A stretch of DNA of 64,000 bases from Ignavibacteriota bacterium (GCA_963827285.1 CAWHAG010000001.1:51821-115820); one strand, 5' to 3'; positions 8,599 through 16,640 are shown, counted from the stretch's first letter. Program-made: numbers and translations. Notes: generated from the letters alone by a model not told the origin.

Positions 8599-9195
8599 AT
8601 GAATCACAACTCGGTTTTGTGTCGAATTCTGCTACCATGTTTGGTGGTTGTTCCTCTAGCATTGTTGGTTCTTGGCTGTGCACAAGACAACCCCGTTCAG
8701 CCAAACAGTCAACAGAGCATTAACTCACCGCCGCCCGGGGTCACATTCCAACGCTGGAATACCGGCTACCTTGAAACAGAATATGCCAAGATCAAAAACT
8801 CTTCCTCCTATCGTGTAGAGGATGGTGAACTGGGCTATGCCGAGAGAGATGTCAAACCCAATCAGCAAGCAAAAATTGGAGGAAGTAACACACTGGGGAA
8901 TCTTGTTCAAATCCCTGCAGGAGCAGTGGGCACGACAACCACGATTACAGTGGCGGTGAGTAATCCAGGATTTGCTGCAGTGGATTTTGGTCCCACGATG
9001 CAGTTCAACCAATCTGTCACGGTCACTCTGTCCTATGCAGGGACAACTGTTGACCCGACAAAGATCAAGATTTACTGGTGGGACCCGAATGCTAATGACT
9101 GGGTGATGATTAGCGATCATCCAAGTATTAACTTCGATAAGCAAACTGTGTCATTTCCGACGGATCATTTCTCTCGCTATGCTTGGGGAGAGTAG
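8599..9195 (+). CDS. Lipoprotein, ZU5-like domain, paralogue 3
   Basis: AGAGGA lies upstream of the ATG at 8599. Lipobox LVLGC. Core IGGSNTLGNLVQIPAGAVGTTTTITVAV...FGPTMQFNQSVTVTLSY...KIYWWDPNANDWV...QTVSFPTDHFSRYAWGE. Confidence 0.75.
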   Translation: MNHNSVLCRILLPCLVVVPLALLVLGCAQDNPVQPNSQQSINSPPPGVTFQRWNTGYLETEYAKIKNSSSYRVEDGELGYAERDVKPNQQAKIGGSNTLGNLVQIPAGAVGTTTTITVAVSNPGFAAVDFGPTMQFNQSVTVTLSYAGTTVDPTKIKIYWWDPNANDWVMISDHPSINFDKQTVSFPTDHFSRYAWGE

Positions 9196-9517
9196 CAGAA
9201 AGTGGAATCAAACACATTGGGTTCGGCAAATTGCAATAATCAATCCGAATTGTCATATTGAACCTAAGGCTTATCATAAGCCTGTGGCTGAGAAGCAAAC
9301 GGGAAAAGGCATTCTGCTGGTCCCACTGCTCTACCGTATGTGCAGAGTGAATAAGAAAAACACTTGAATATAAACAAGAAATTCATATATTAACTGCAGG
9401 TCGAAACCGCTGGTTTCTCCTCCTGCTCATGGAGAAAGAGACTCATGGATCCTCTGCGATTTAAGACGTTTGTAGTGGAACTGCTTAAAATCTCCGAGCG
9501 GTATTGCGGCAAGCGTT

Positions 9518-10678
9518 TTGTTCGAAACCTTTCGCGGCTTGATCAGAAGACAGAAGGCGAAAGAACAATACCTTCTTCGGAAAATGAAACAAGGGCTACA
9601 GGTTCAGCCGAGTGACATCAGTTATCAGAATACGATCTTTGATATCTTCTGTGCAATGTATGAGAGGCATCTTGAGACGGACGAATACCTGAGGATGTCG
9701 CTAGAGGTGGGAAAAATCTCAGTGAAGTACGGTGAGTTCTCCAAGGCAACGATGATGTATCGGAGGGTTGCACAGCGAGCACCAAAGAACCACGTGCTGC
9801 ACGCGGAGGCACTGCTTCGAGAAGGGGATTTGCAGACGAAACAGAGCAAGTTCAAGGAGGCGCACCACTCACTCAAGAAATCGAAGGAAGTGTATGAGCG
9901 ACTCCGGAGCAACTCCGGCTGCGCGCAGGTGGAAAACAAATTAGCTGTGAACTACTGCGAACAGGGAAGACTCAGTTTGGGGGAGCGTCATTTTGCAGTT
10001 GCTATGGAAGGTGCTGAGCGAGCACGCAACTATGGATTGGCTAGTGGCGTAGCGATCAATGAAGGAAATGTGTCCAGCATCCGTGGAAAATGGGCGAACG
10101 CGCTTGCGAAATATCAAGAGGTCCGGCCTCACTTAGAGAGGCGAGGGGATGCAAAACGTTTGGCGCTAACCTGTCACAACCTTGGCTTGACCGTAATGCG
10201 TCAAGGCAAATATCAGGTTGCGGTCTCATATTTTGATAAGAGCTTGCACTTCCTAAGGAAGCTAAGCGACTATTATCTAACGGGGTTGGTTTATCTTGGA
10301 AAAGCCGAGGCGTATGTGTCAATGCGGGACTATATGCTTGCTGCTGGTTACGCTGGAAAAGCGCTGGAAATGTTCAATCGAGTCGGTGATAGGTTGAGTA
10401 TAGCAGATGCGTACAAGGTCAAGGGAATGATTCACCGTGAGATGAAGGAATGGGACGTGGCTGAATTATATTTCCAGTCGAGTTTGAAAATCAACGAAGA
10501 GGTAGGAAATGCGTTGAACACGGCAGAGACTTACTATGAGCTAGGAGTGTTACATAAGCTGATAGGGAGTCGTGGGAAAGCAGAGGAGAGTTTCCAGCGC
10601 GCCATAGAGCACTATGAAAAGATCCGGGCTCGGCAAGCGATCGAAAAAGTCCAGCATGAAATGCGAATCGAAGCCTAG
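9518..10678 (+). CDS. Cytoplasmic all-TPR protein, paralogue A (start uncertain; TTG at 9518)
   Basis: 386-aa ORF with no signal peptide and repeated TPR-type helices. It aligns over its full length with the next gene. Confidence 0.7.
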   Translation: MFETFRGLIRRQKAKEQYLLRKMKQGLQVQPSDISYQNTIFDIFCAMYERHLETDEYLRMSLEVGKISVKYGEFSKATMMYRRVAQRAPKNHVLHAEALLREGDLQTKQSKFKEAHHSLKKSKEVYERLRSNSGCAQVENKLAVNYCEQGRLSLGERHFAVAMEGAERARNYGLASGVAINEGNVSSIRGKWANALAKYQEVRPHLERRGDAKRLALTCHNLGLTVMRQGKYQVAVSYFDKSLHFLRKLSDYYLTGLVYLGKAEAYVSMRDYMLAAGYAGKALEMFNRVGDRLSIADAYKVKGMIHREMKEWDVAELYFQSSLKINEEVGNALNTAETYYELGVLHKLIGSRGKAEESFQRAIEHYEKIRARQAIEKVQHEMRIEA

Positions 10679-10694
10679 AAGTCTGGTCGAAAAA

Positions 10695-10716
10695 CCCCTC
10701 ATCGCTACCTGAGGGG
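10695..10716 (+). terminator. Hairpin CCCCTCA-N8-TGAGGGG after TPR gene A (weak T tract)
   Basis: A 7-bp GC-rich stem 17 nt after the stop, followed only by TT. An A5 run on the 5' side would give a T tract on the other strand. Confidence 0.3.
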
Positions 10717-10905
10717 TTGAGGGAATCAAGTGGACTTTTCGGCTGCGTCCCTGGCACTCGAGTTCATTCCAATTATCATTTCAAGAGAACGCTATGGAAG
10801 ATCTGAAATTGAATCCATTTATAGAAGAAACTCCTGAACATCGCCGCTCGATATCACGGGAGCAAGTTCGTTCGAAGTTTTCACAGAAAGTTGAAAAGCC
10901 GTATC

Positions 10906-12042
10906 ATGGTGTCGGAACGCGCTCTCCGCAAGCGACGAAAAGCACTTCAGCCGAAAGGGGGACTTGGAGAGAAGGAGGTTGACACAGAAACAGCATTTAC
11001 AGTTTTCCTCCATTTATATGAAGCGGGTCTAGGCGTTCATGAGAACCTTCAGTTATCAATAGAAATCGGCAAGGTCGCGATTCGATATGGTGAGTATGAC
11101 AAGGCGGTGAATATTTTTCGTGCCACTGCAAGGAAGGCGAGGCGGTTCAATGTCGCTTCAGTGTTAGCAAAAGTACTTTTTAATGAAGCAGAGGTGTGCC
11201 ACTATCGCGAGCAATGGAAGCAGCGTACCGTACTTCTGAAACGTGCATTTACGATATACGATCATCTGCACGACACCATTGGGAAGGCGTCAGTTCGGAT
11301 GTGCATAGGGAACACTGCCACCGAGCTGGGAAGGTTGAAAGTCGCCGAGAAGTGTTACTTGCAAGCGTTGCCCACGGCGGAGCAAGCGAAGAACGCTCTT
11401 CTCTCAGCATTGGTTAATAATAATCTCGGCAATGTATGGTCTATGCGGGGTGACTGGGAAAAAGCCCTTGGATGTTATCAGCGATCAATCGTGGATAGTG
11501 AACAGCATGGTAGTATTCGGGTGTTGACGATGACCTACGGCAATCTCGGATTGATCTTCATGCGGCAGGGGGACTACCGAAAAGCGCTGACGTATTATGA
11601 GAGGGGTCTTCGATATGCAAGCAAATTCGAAGACGTATATAATAAGGGCAACGCCTTTGTTGGGATTGCAGAGCTGTATTTTCATCTCTCCGATTTCGCG
11701 CTCTCATCTGCTTATGCCACCAACGCCCTTGCTATCTATTATAAGATGGACAATAGGTCAGGAATCGCGGAATGTTATAAAGTGAAAGGGATGATTGAGC
11801 GAGAACTGAAGAACTGGGAAACAGCCGAATCATATTTCCGGACCGGATTACAGCTGAATCAAGAAGTGGGAAACATCTTGAATGTGGGCGAGATTTTCTA
11901 CGAACTTGCAGTACTGCATCAGCGTCTTGCGAAAGAGGAGGCAAAGCGTGATCTGCGCTTGGCGCTAAGCCATTTTCGCAAGGTGGGGGCAAAGAAGAAT
12001 ATTGAGAAGACCCAGCAGGCATTGAAGACGTGGTTTGCGTAA
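10906..12042 (+). CDS. Cytoplasmic all-TPR protein, paralogue B
   Basis: ATG at 10906 (the ORF track starts at a TTG at 10891). It aligns with paralogue A, for example IAECYKVKGMIERELKNWETAESYFRTGLQLNQEVGNILN versus IADAYKVKGMIHREMKEWDVAELYFQSSLKINEEVGNALN. Confidence 0.7.
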   Translation: MVSERALRKRRKALQPKGGLGEKEVDTETAFTVFLHLYEAGLGVHENLQLSIEIGKVAIRYGEYDKAVNIFRATARKARRFNVASVLAKVLFNEAEVCHYREQWKQRTVLLKRAFTIYDHLHDTIGKASVRMCIGNTATELGRLKVAEKCYLQALPTAEQAKNALLSALVNNNLGNVWSMRGDWEKALGCYQRSIVDSEQHGSIRVLTMTYGNLGLIFMRQGDYRKALTYYERGLRYASKFEDVYNKGNAFVGIAELYFHLSDFALSSAYATNALAIYYKMDNRSGIAECYKVKGMIERELKNWETAESYFRTGLQLNQEVGNILNVGEIFYELAVLHQRLAKEEAKRDLRLALSHFRKVGAKKNIEKTQQALKTWFA

Positions 12043-12157
12043 GCATATGCCTGAATCTTGGTTCAGGTTTCAGTAGCAGCAGTCGCATCAACTTCCGGTT
12101 TCAGTCTCAGCAAGATGATTTAGCCACAGGATGCGAGTGTGATAGAAGGACGCATTC

Positions 12158-13567
12158 ATGACCTATAGAATCGCCGTCACATCGAGCAAGCAAAGCTTTG
12201 CGAAAGTCCGAAGGTTCCTCCCTGGGATCGGCGAACAAATAGCCCTCGAATATATTGAAAACCCATCTCGCTTGCTCGTAAGCCGAGACCATCTATTGAC
12301 CCCCAACTTGTTCATTTATGAGATCAATCAGAGTCCGGGGAAAGCCGTTGATTTAGTTGCTGAGTTGGTGCAACGGAAACAACTTGCCGTAATGGTAATG
12401 ACCGCCAAACCCGACTGGAAGACCGCCCGCGACTTTGCGAAGTTGGGTGTCACCAACTACTTTCACCTGCCCGATGATATCCATCAACTGGTTGATGCGG
12501 TAGAGTTCATGATGAGCGAGTGGAGTGCCCAGCAGCAGGCTGTGGACATGCTGGAATTCCAGAGAGATTCCTATGGTTTTGACAAAGTGATCACCCAGTC
12601 TCCCATTGTGATGGAGGCAATCGAGAAAGCCCGAACAGCAGGTAAGCAAGATAGCCTTCCCGTTCTCCTCTGCGGAGAACCTGGTGCGGGGAAGGAGTTT
12701 CTTGCTAAAGTGATCCACTACAACAGTGCCCGCTGTGAAGAACCCTTTGTGGATATTACGTGTTCTGGTATTCCGGAAATCACTCTTGAGGCAGAGTTAT
12801 TCGGCTACGAGAGGGGAGCGTTCCATGAAGCACGCGAGGCGCGAAGAGGACTGCTAGAGATTACTGGTAGAGGAACGATTTTTCTCGATGAGATTAGCAG
12901 TCTTAGCCTTTACCTACAGGCAAAACTGCTGAAGGCCATCAAACAGAAGCGATTCCGCCGTGTTGGTGGTGCCAGAGAGTATTTCACGGATGTTCGGATC
13001 ATCGCAGCAACCGATGCAGACTTAGATGCGAGAGTTGCGGCAGGTAAATTCAGTAGCGGGCTTTATTTTCAACTCAATGTGATGAGGATTGACCTACCCA
13101 GTCTCGATAAACGAGGGGAAGACATTCCGCTTCTGACGGACTTCTTTATTCAGTCTTTCAATGAATTACACGGTAAGGCGATCGCGGAGATCGCCCAACC
13201 CGCAAGGGATATGCTGCTTCAACATGACTGGACTGGGAACGTTAAAGAACTGCGCCACGCGATTGAACGAGCGGTGATTCTAGCAAAAGAGAATGTGCTT
13301 CAGCCGCACGATTTCCAGTTCCTCTTCGATCGCACATTGACACAGGCAGTGCAGGAAAAACCGGAGGAAGAAGTACCACCAGGAGGAGATGTGATCACGT
13401 TACAGATCCCGTTGGAGCGTGGCTCCTTGGACAAGGTAGAGAAGCAGTTTGTCGAAGAGGTGTTAAGGATGAACGAGTGGAACAAGTCCAGGGCTGCGGG
13501 ATTGTTGAAGATCTCCCGACCGAAATTGGATCGGATGATTCACAAGTTTCAGATAGCTGAACCGTGA
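12158..13567 (+). CDS. NtrC-family AAA+ transcriptional regulator with a pseudo-receiver domain and a degenerate GAFTGA loop (GAFHEA)
   Basis: Walker A GEPGAGKEF, Walker B IFLDEI, R-finger region, C-terminal Fis-type HTH NKSRAAGLLKISRPKLDRMI. The N-terminal ~120 aa are receiver-like but lack the acidic pocket and have Glu at the phospho-Asp position (LFIYEINQS). Confidence 0.85.
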   Translation: MTYRIAVTSSKQSFAKVRRFLPGIGEQIALEYIENPSRLLVSRDHLLTPNLFIYEINQSPGKAVDLVAELVQRKQLAVMVMTAKPDWKTARDFAKLGVTNYFHLPDDIHQLVDAVEFMMSEWSAQQQAVDMLEFQRDSYGFDKVITQSPIVMEAIEKARTAGKQDSLPVLLCGEPGAGKEFLAKVIHYNSARCEEPFVDITCSGIPEITLEAELFGYERGAFHEAREARRGLLEITGRGTIFLDEISSLSLYLQAKLLKAIKQKRFRRVGGAREYFTDVRIIAATDADLDARVAAGKFSSGLYFQLNVMRIDLPSLDKRGEDIPLLTDFFIQSFNELHGKAIAEIAQPARDMLLQHDWTGNVKELRHAIERAVILAKENVLQPHDFQFLFDRTLTQAVQEKPEEEVPPGGDVITLQIPLERGSLDKVEKQFVEEVLRMNEWNKSRAAGLLKISRPKLDRMIHKFQIAEP

Positions 13568-13610
13568 TACAGCAGATCGTCGTCAATCCGGATGTATCCA
13601 AGGCGGAAGA

Positions 13611-15596
13611 TTATCCAGTCCTAATCATCCTCTCCAATTCCTTCGTAAGTTCATCCCATCTGTAGTATTCATCGGCAAGCTCTGTCTCCAGTGTCTCATA
13701 TTTAGCAGTTATCTCCTTCACTCGGTCGCCAACTTTGTAGAAGTTTGGATCCGCCATCAGTTGTTCGATTTCTCTCTTCACCAACTCCTTCGCCTCTATA
13801 GATCGTTCCATCTTTTCGATTTGCTGCCGGATCGGTTTCATCTTCTCATATTTCCTCTGCCGCTGCTCAGCCTCGATGCGCTTTCGATCTCTCTCGGTGA
13901 GTTGAGGCTTCTCCACTCGCAGAGCCACCGATGACCTACCTTCTGGAGTACCATCAACGCGAAGTCGAGTCATTTTGTCCTGATGGAGCTGCTCCTTCTG
14001 CTTTGTGTAAATGTAGTCACTGATGTTGCCGACGTAGGTCTTGAGATTCCCCTGCCTGAATTCGATGACCTTGTTTACAATGGGATCGAGAAAATCACGG
14101 TCGTGTGAAACAATGACATAGGTTCCTTCAAATCTCCGTAACGCTTCCTGTAGCACCTCCTTTGATCGTACATCAAGGTGGTTCGTCGGTTCATCCATGA
14201 CGATGAAATTGCAGGGCTGGAGAAGCATCTTTGCCAGTGCAAGGCGACTCTTTTCTCCCCCTGAGAGGACACCGACTTTCTTGAAGACATCATCGCCGCA
14301 AAACAGGAAACATCCGAGCAGGTTGCGCAAGTGTCTACGGATCTCGCCAGTTGCCACCTCATCCACCGTTTGCAGAACGTCTTTCTCCGGGTCTAATTCC
14401 TCAGTCCGGTCTTGTGCGAAATACGAAATTACGACGTTGTAACCAACTCTACGGTCGCCGGCGTCAAGAGGCTCAATGCCAGCAATGATTCTCGAAAGCG
14501 TGGACTTGCCTGCGCCGTTGACGCCGACAAAGGCAATCCTGTCGCCCCGTTCAATATCAAGATTAGTTCCGCTAAAGATTCTGTTTGGACCATAACTCTT
14601 GTGGAGAGCTAACAGTTGCAGGACCATCTGACCGCTGGGAGGCACTGGAGGGAACTGAAAGTGGATTTCTCCTTCTTCATCTTCAATCTCTATCCGCTCA
14701 ATCTTCTCAAGTTGTTTAATACGGCTTTGTACCTGACGTGCCTTTGTTGCTTTGTAACGGAACCGCTCAATGAACTGCTCAGTCTGTCTAATCCGTTGCT
14801 GCTGGTTCTTGAACGCAGCAAGCTGCAGTCTCTTTCGTTCTTCCTTCGATTTCAGATAGTAGCTGTAGTTGCCTACGTATGCGGTAAGATTGCCGAGACT
14901 CAGCTCCCAAGTCTTTGCGGTCATGTTATCGAGAAAGCGACGGTCGTGGGAAACGATCATCACCGCACCTTCGTACGAACGCAGGTATTCCTCCAGCCAC
15001 TGCAAAGAGTCCAGGTCAAGGTGATTCGTGGGTTCGTCCAGCAACAGGAGTGAAGGTTGAATCAAGAGAAGTTTGGCAAGAGCGATGCGCATTTGCCATC
15101 CGCCACTGAACTCGTCCGTCAAGCGATCCATGTCTCGTTCAGAGAACCCAAGCCCGGAGAGAACTCTCTCGATCTTTGATTTCACTTGGAACGCATCGAG
15201 GTCTTCAAACCGGTGCTGCAATTCGCCGTAGAGTTCCAGAAGGTCCTGAAACTCCTCCGTCTCATGATTGACTTCTCTCATACGCTGATGAATCTCTTGG
15301 AGTCTGGTTTGCACATCGAGAGTATCCCGAAAGGCGGTCTCGACCTCCTTATACAGAGTGATTCCAGTGGTGTAGGTTCCTTCTTGTGGAAGATAGCCGA
15401 CAGTTACGAACTTCGCCTTGGCAACCTCTCCCTTCTCAACCGATGCTTCGCCAGCCAGAACCCTCAGCAGTGTGGATTTCCCTGCCCCGTTCGCTCCGAC
15501 GAGTCCGATGCGATCATGCGAACCGATATGGAATGAAATGTCTTTGAAGAGATATCTTCCACCGAATTGAAGCGATATATTGTTGACTAAGATCAC
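13611..15596 (-). CDS. ABC-F family ATPase (Uup/YbiT-like; tandem ABC domains plus C-terminal coiled coil)
   Basis: Two Walker A motifs (GANGAGKST, GVNGAGKST), two signature motifs (LSGGWQMR, LSGGEKSR), no TM domain, and a charged coiled-coil tail. GTG start. Confidence 0.9.
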   Translation of the reverse strand: MILVNNISLQFGGRYLFKDISFHIGSHDRIGLVGANGAGKSTLLRVLAGEASVEKGEVAKAKFVTVGYLPQEGTYTTGITLYKEVETAFRDTLDVQTRLQEIHQRMREVNHETEEFQDLLELYGELQHRFEDLDAFQVKSKIERVLSGLGFSERDMDRLTDEFSGGWQMRIALAKLLLIQPSLLLLDEPTNHLDLDSLQWLEEYLRSYEGAVMIVSHDRRFLDNMTAKTWELSLGNLTAYVGNYSYYLKSKEERKRLQLAAFKNQQQRIRQTEQFIERFRYKATKARQVQSRIKQLEKIERIEIEDEEGEIHFQFPPVPPSGQMVLQLLALHKSYGPNRIFSGTNLDIERGDRIAFVGVNGAGKSTLSRIIAGIEPLDAGDRRVGYNVVISYFAQDRTEELDPEKDVLQTVDEVATGEIRRHLRNLLGCFLFCGDDVFKKVGVLSGGEKSRLALAKMLLQPCNFIVMDEPTNHLDVRSKEVLQEALRRFEGTYVIVSHDRDFLDPIVNKVIEFRQGNLKTYVGNISDYIYTKQKEQLHQDKMTRLRVDGTPEGRSSVALRVEKPQLTERDRKRIEAEQRQRKYEKMKPIRQQIEKMERSIEAKELVKREIEQLMADPNFYKVGDRVKEITAKYETLETELADEYYRWDELTKELERMIRTG

Positions 15597-15718
15597 CCGA
15601 AGAATCTCTAATCCAAATGCTGAACTGTTTCCTCTCGCAAGAGCAACCTGTCTTTATAGGGATTACCCGTGGCGGCACATTCAAGCACAAGGCGATGATT
15701 GCCGGAACGAGCCGATCA

Positions 15719-15747
15719 AATATACTAACTTATTCTCTCTTCTTCAA
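15719..15747 (-). promoter_or_regulatory. Sigma-70-like promoter for the ABC-F gene (TTGAAG-17-TATATT)
   Basis: The minus strand reads ttgaag-aagagagaataagttag-tatatt, about 120 nt upstream of the GTG start. Confidence 0.4.
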
Positions 15748-15825
15748 CAGCCTTCACTTGATGCGTCCATTCCTTCAACTGTTGATGTTCCTCGTGACGA
15801 GGGTCAATGGTTCTTCATTCGTGTG

Positions 15826-15928
15826 AAAAACAGAAAACCCTGAACTCTTGGCGAGTTCAGGGTAAGGAGATGCGCCATGAAACATCAAGTATTGCTCTTG
15901 TGGCTAACAATAAGCCGTTTCATGTTGA
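15826..15928 (-). ncRNA. Candidate ~100-nt small RNA (or leaderless 12-codon mini-mRNA) with its own promoter and an intrinsic terminator
   Basis: A consensus promoter lies immediately upstream. The transcript folds as catgaaac[ggct-tattgtt-agcc][caag-agcaata-cttg]..gtttcatg. It ends in the hairpin CCCTGAACTC-gccaa-GAGTTCAGGG followed by ttttctgttttt. Confidence 0.45.
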
Positions 15929-15934
15929 CGGCTG

Positions 15935-15963
15935 AATATAGCAAAAATCCATTCCATTGTCAA
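15935..15963 (-). promoter_or_regulatory. Consensus sigma-70-like promoter TTGACA-17-TATATT
   Basis: The minus strand reads ttgaca-atggaatggatttttgc-tatatt, with a spacer of exactly 17 nt. Confidence 0.5.
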
Positions 15964-15970
15964 GTTGCAT

Positions 15971-16005
15971 CACCCCTTGGATTGTATTCTCGAGACCATG
16001 GGGTG
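15971..16005. promoter_or_regulatory. Inverted repeat CACCCCTTGG-N15-CCATGGGGTG between two divergent promoters (candidate shared operator)
   Basis: 9 of 10 arm positions match. The repeat lies 8 nt from the -35 of the minus-strand promoter and 12 nt from the -35 of the plus-strand promoter. Confidence 0.3.
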
Positions 16006-16016
16006 AAAAATCGGTA

Positions 16017-16045
16017 TTGACTTTTTGAAGATTTCTTCTTAGATT
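16017..16045 (+). promoter_or_regulatory. Sigma-70-like promoter TTGACT-17-TAGATT for the HMA-domain gene
   Basis: ttgact-ttttgaagatttcttct-tagatt, about 60 nt upstream of the ATG at 16106. Confidence 0.45.
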
Positions 16046-16105
16046 AATTCGTGTGAAGAAATCAACCAGGAACTAATCCATCCACAATATTGATAGGATA
16101 TCATC

Positions 16106-16618
16106 ATGAAGAAGTTTCTTTGTGTCTTTGCCATTGCATTGCTTGTTGCTTTGGTTGGCGTCTTTGGTTATGCCCAAGACAAGGGGACTCCGCAGACCCA
16201 GTCCTCTGGGCAGCTAGCGAGTGCCAGCATCACGGTGAAGGGTATTACGTGTAACGGTTGTGTGAATCGCGTTCAGGATGCGTTGAAAGCGTTAGATGGT
16301 GTGAAGGATGTCAAGATGACGAAGCAGGACTTCAAGAAGAAAACCGGCGTCGTTGATGTATCATATGCGTCCGCCAAAGTCAGCGTGAAGGATATGGAAA
16401 ATGCCATTGCCGACCTGGGTTTCGATGCGGGTCCGGCAGAACCAGCGAAGTCGTGCGAGCGGATGGAAAAAAGAGAGGGGAAGGATTGTTGCTGTTGCTG
16501 CTGCTGTTGCACAGAGAGAGCTTGTGGAAGGTCTGAAGGTAGCTGTAGCGGGAAGGAAGGGGAGAGCAACAACACTCACAAGCGCTGTGACAAAGAGCAC
16601 AAAGGTCAAAAGAGTTAA
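16106..16618 (+). CDS. Secreted heavy-metal-associated (HMA) domain protein with a Cys8 run in a Cys-rich tail
   Basis: Signal peptide MKKFLCVFAIALLVALVGVFGYAQ, HMA motif GITCNGCVNRVQDALKALDGVKDV, and tail KDCCCCCCCCTERACGRSEGSCSG...KRCDKEHK. Confidence 0.8.
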   Translation: MKKFLCVFAIALLVALVGVFGYAQDKGTPQTQSSGQLASASITVKGITCNGCVNRVQDALKALDGVKDVKMTKQDFKKKTGVVDVSYASAKVSVKDMENAIADLGFDAGPAEPAKSCERMEKREGKDCCCCCCCCTERACGRSEGSCSGKEGESNNTHKRCDKEHKGQKS

Positions 16619-16640
16619 GAACCTCTGGGTATAACCTAAG

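Noticed and set aside
10752-10766. Sigma-54 promoter candidate TGGCAC-tcgag-TTCA upstream of TPR gene B
   Set aside because: It has a perfect -24 TGGCAC and correct spacing, but the -12 position reads TTCA, not TTGC, and so lacks the conserved GC. I kept it only as a weak possibility.
10794-10982. 62-aa ORF overlapping the start of TPR gene B
   Set aside because: It is in a different frame from the TPR gene, whose N-terminus already aligns with its paralogue. The ORF has no motif.
15885-15923. 12-codon mini-ORF (MKRLIVSHKSNT) as a leader peptide attenuating the ABC-F gene, as in antibiotic-resistance ABC-F operons
   Set aside because: A separate promoter-like element (15747-15719) lies between the terminator and the ABC-F start. 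The ABC-F protein also has a Uup-like coiled-coil tail and not an ARE-type architecture. I retained it only as an alternative reading within the sRNA finding.
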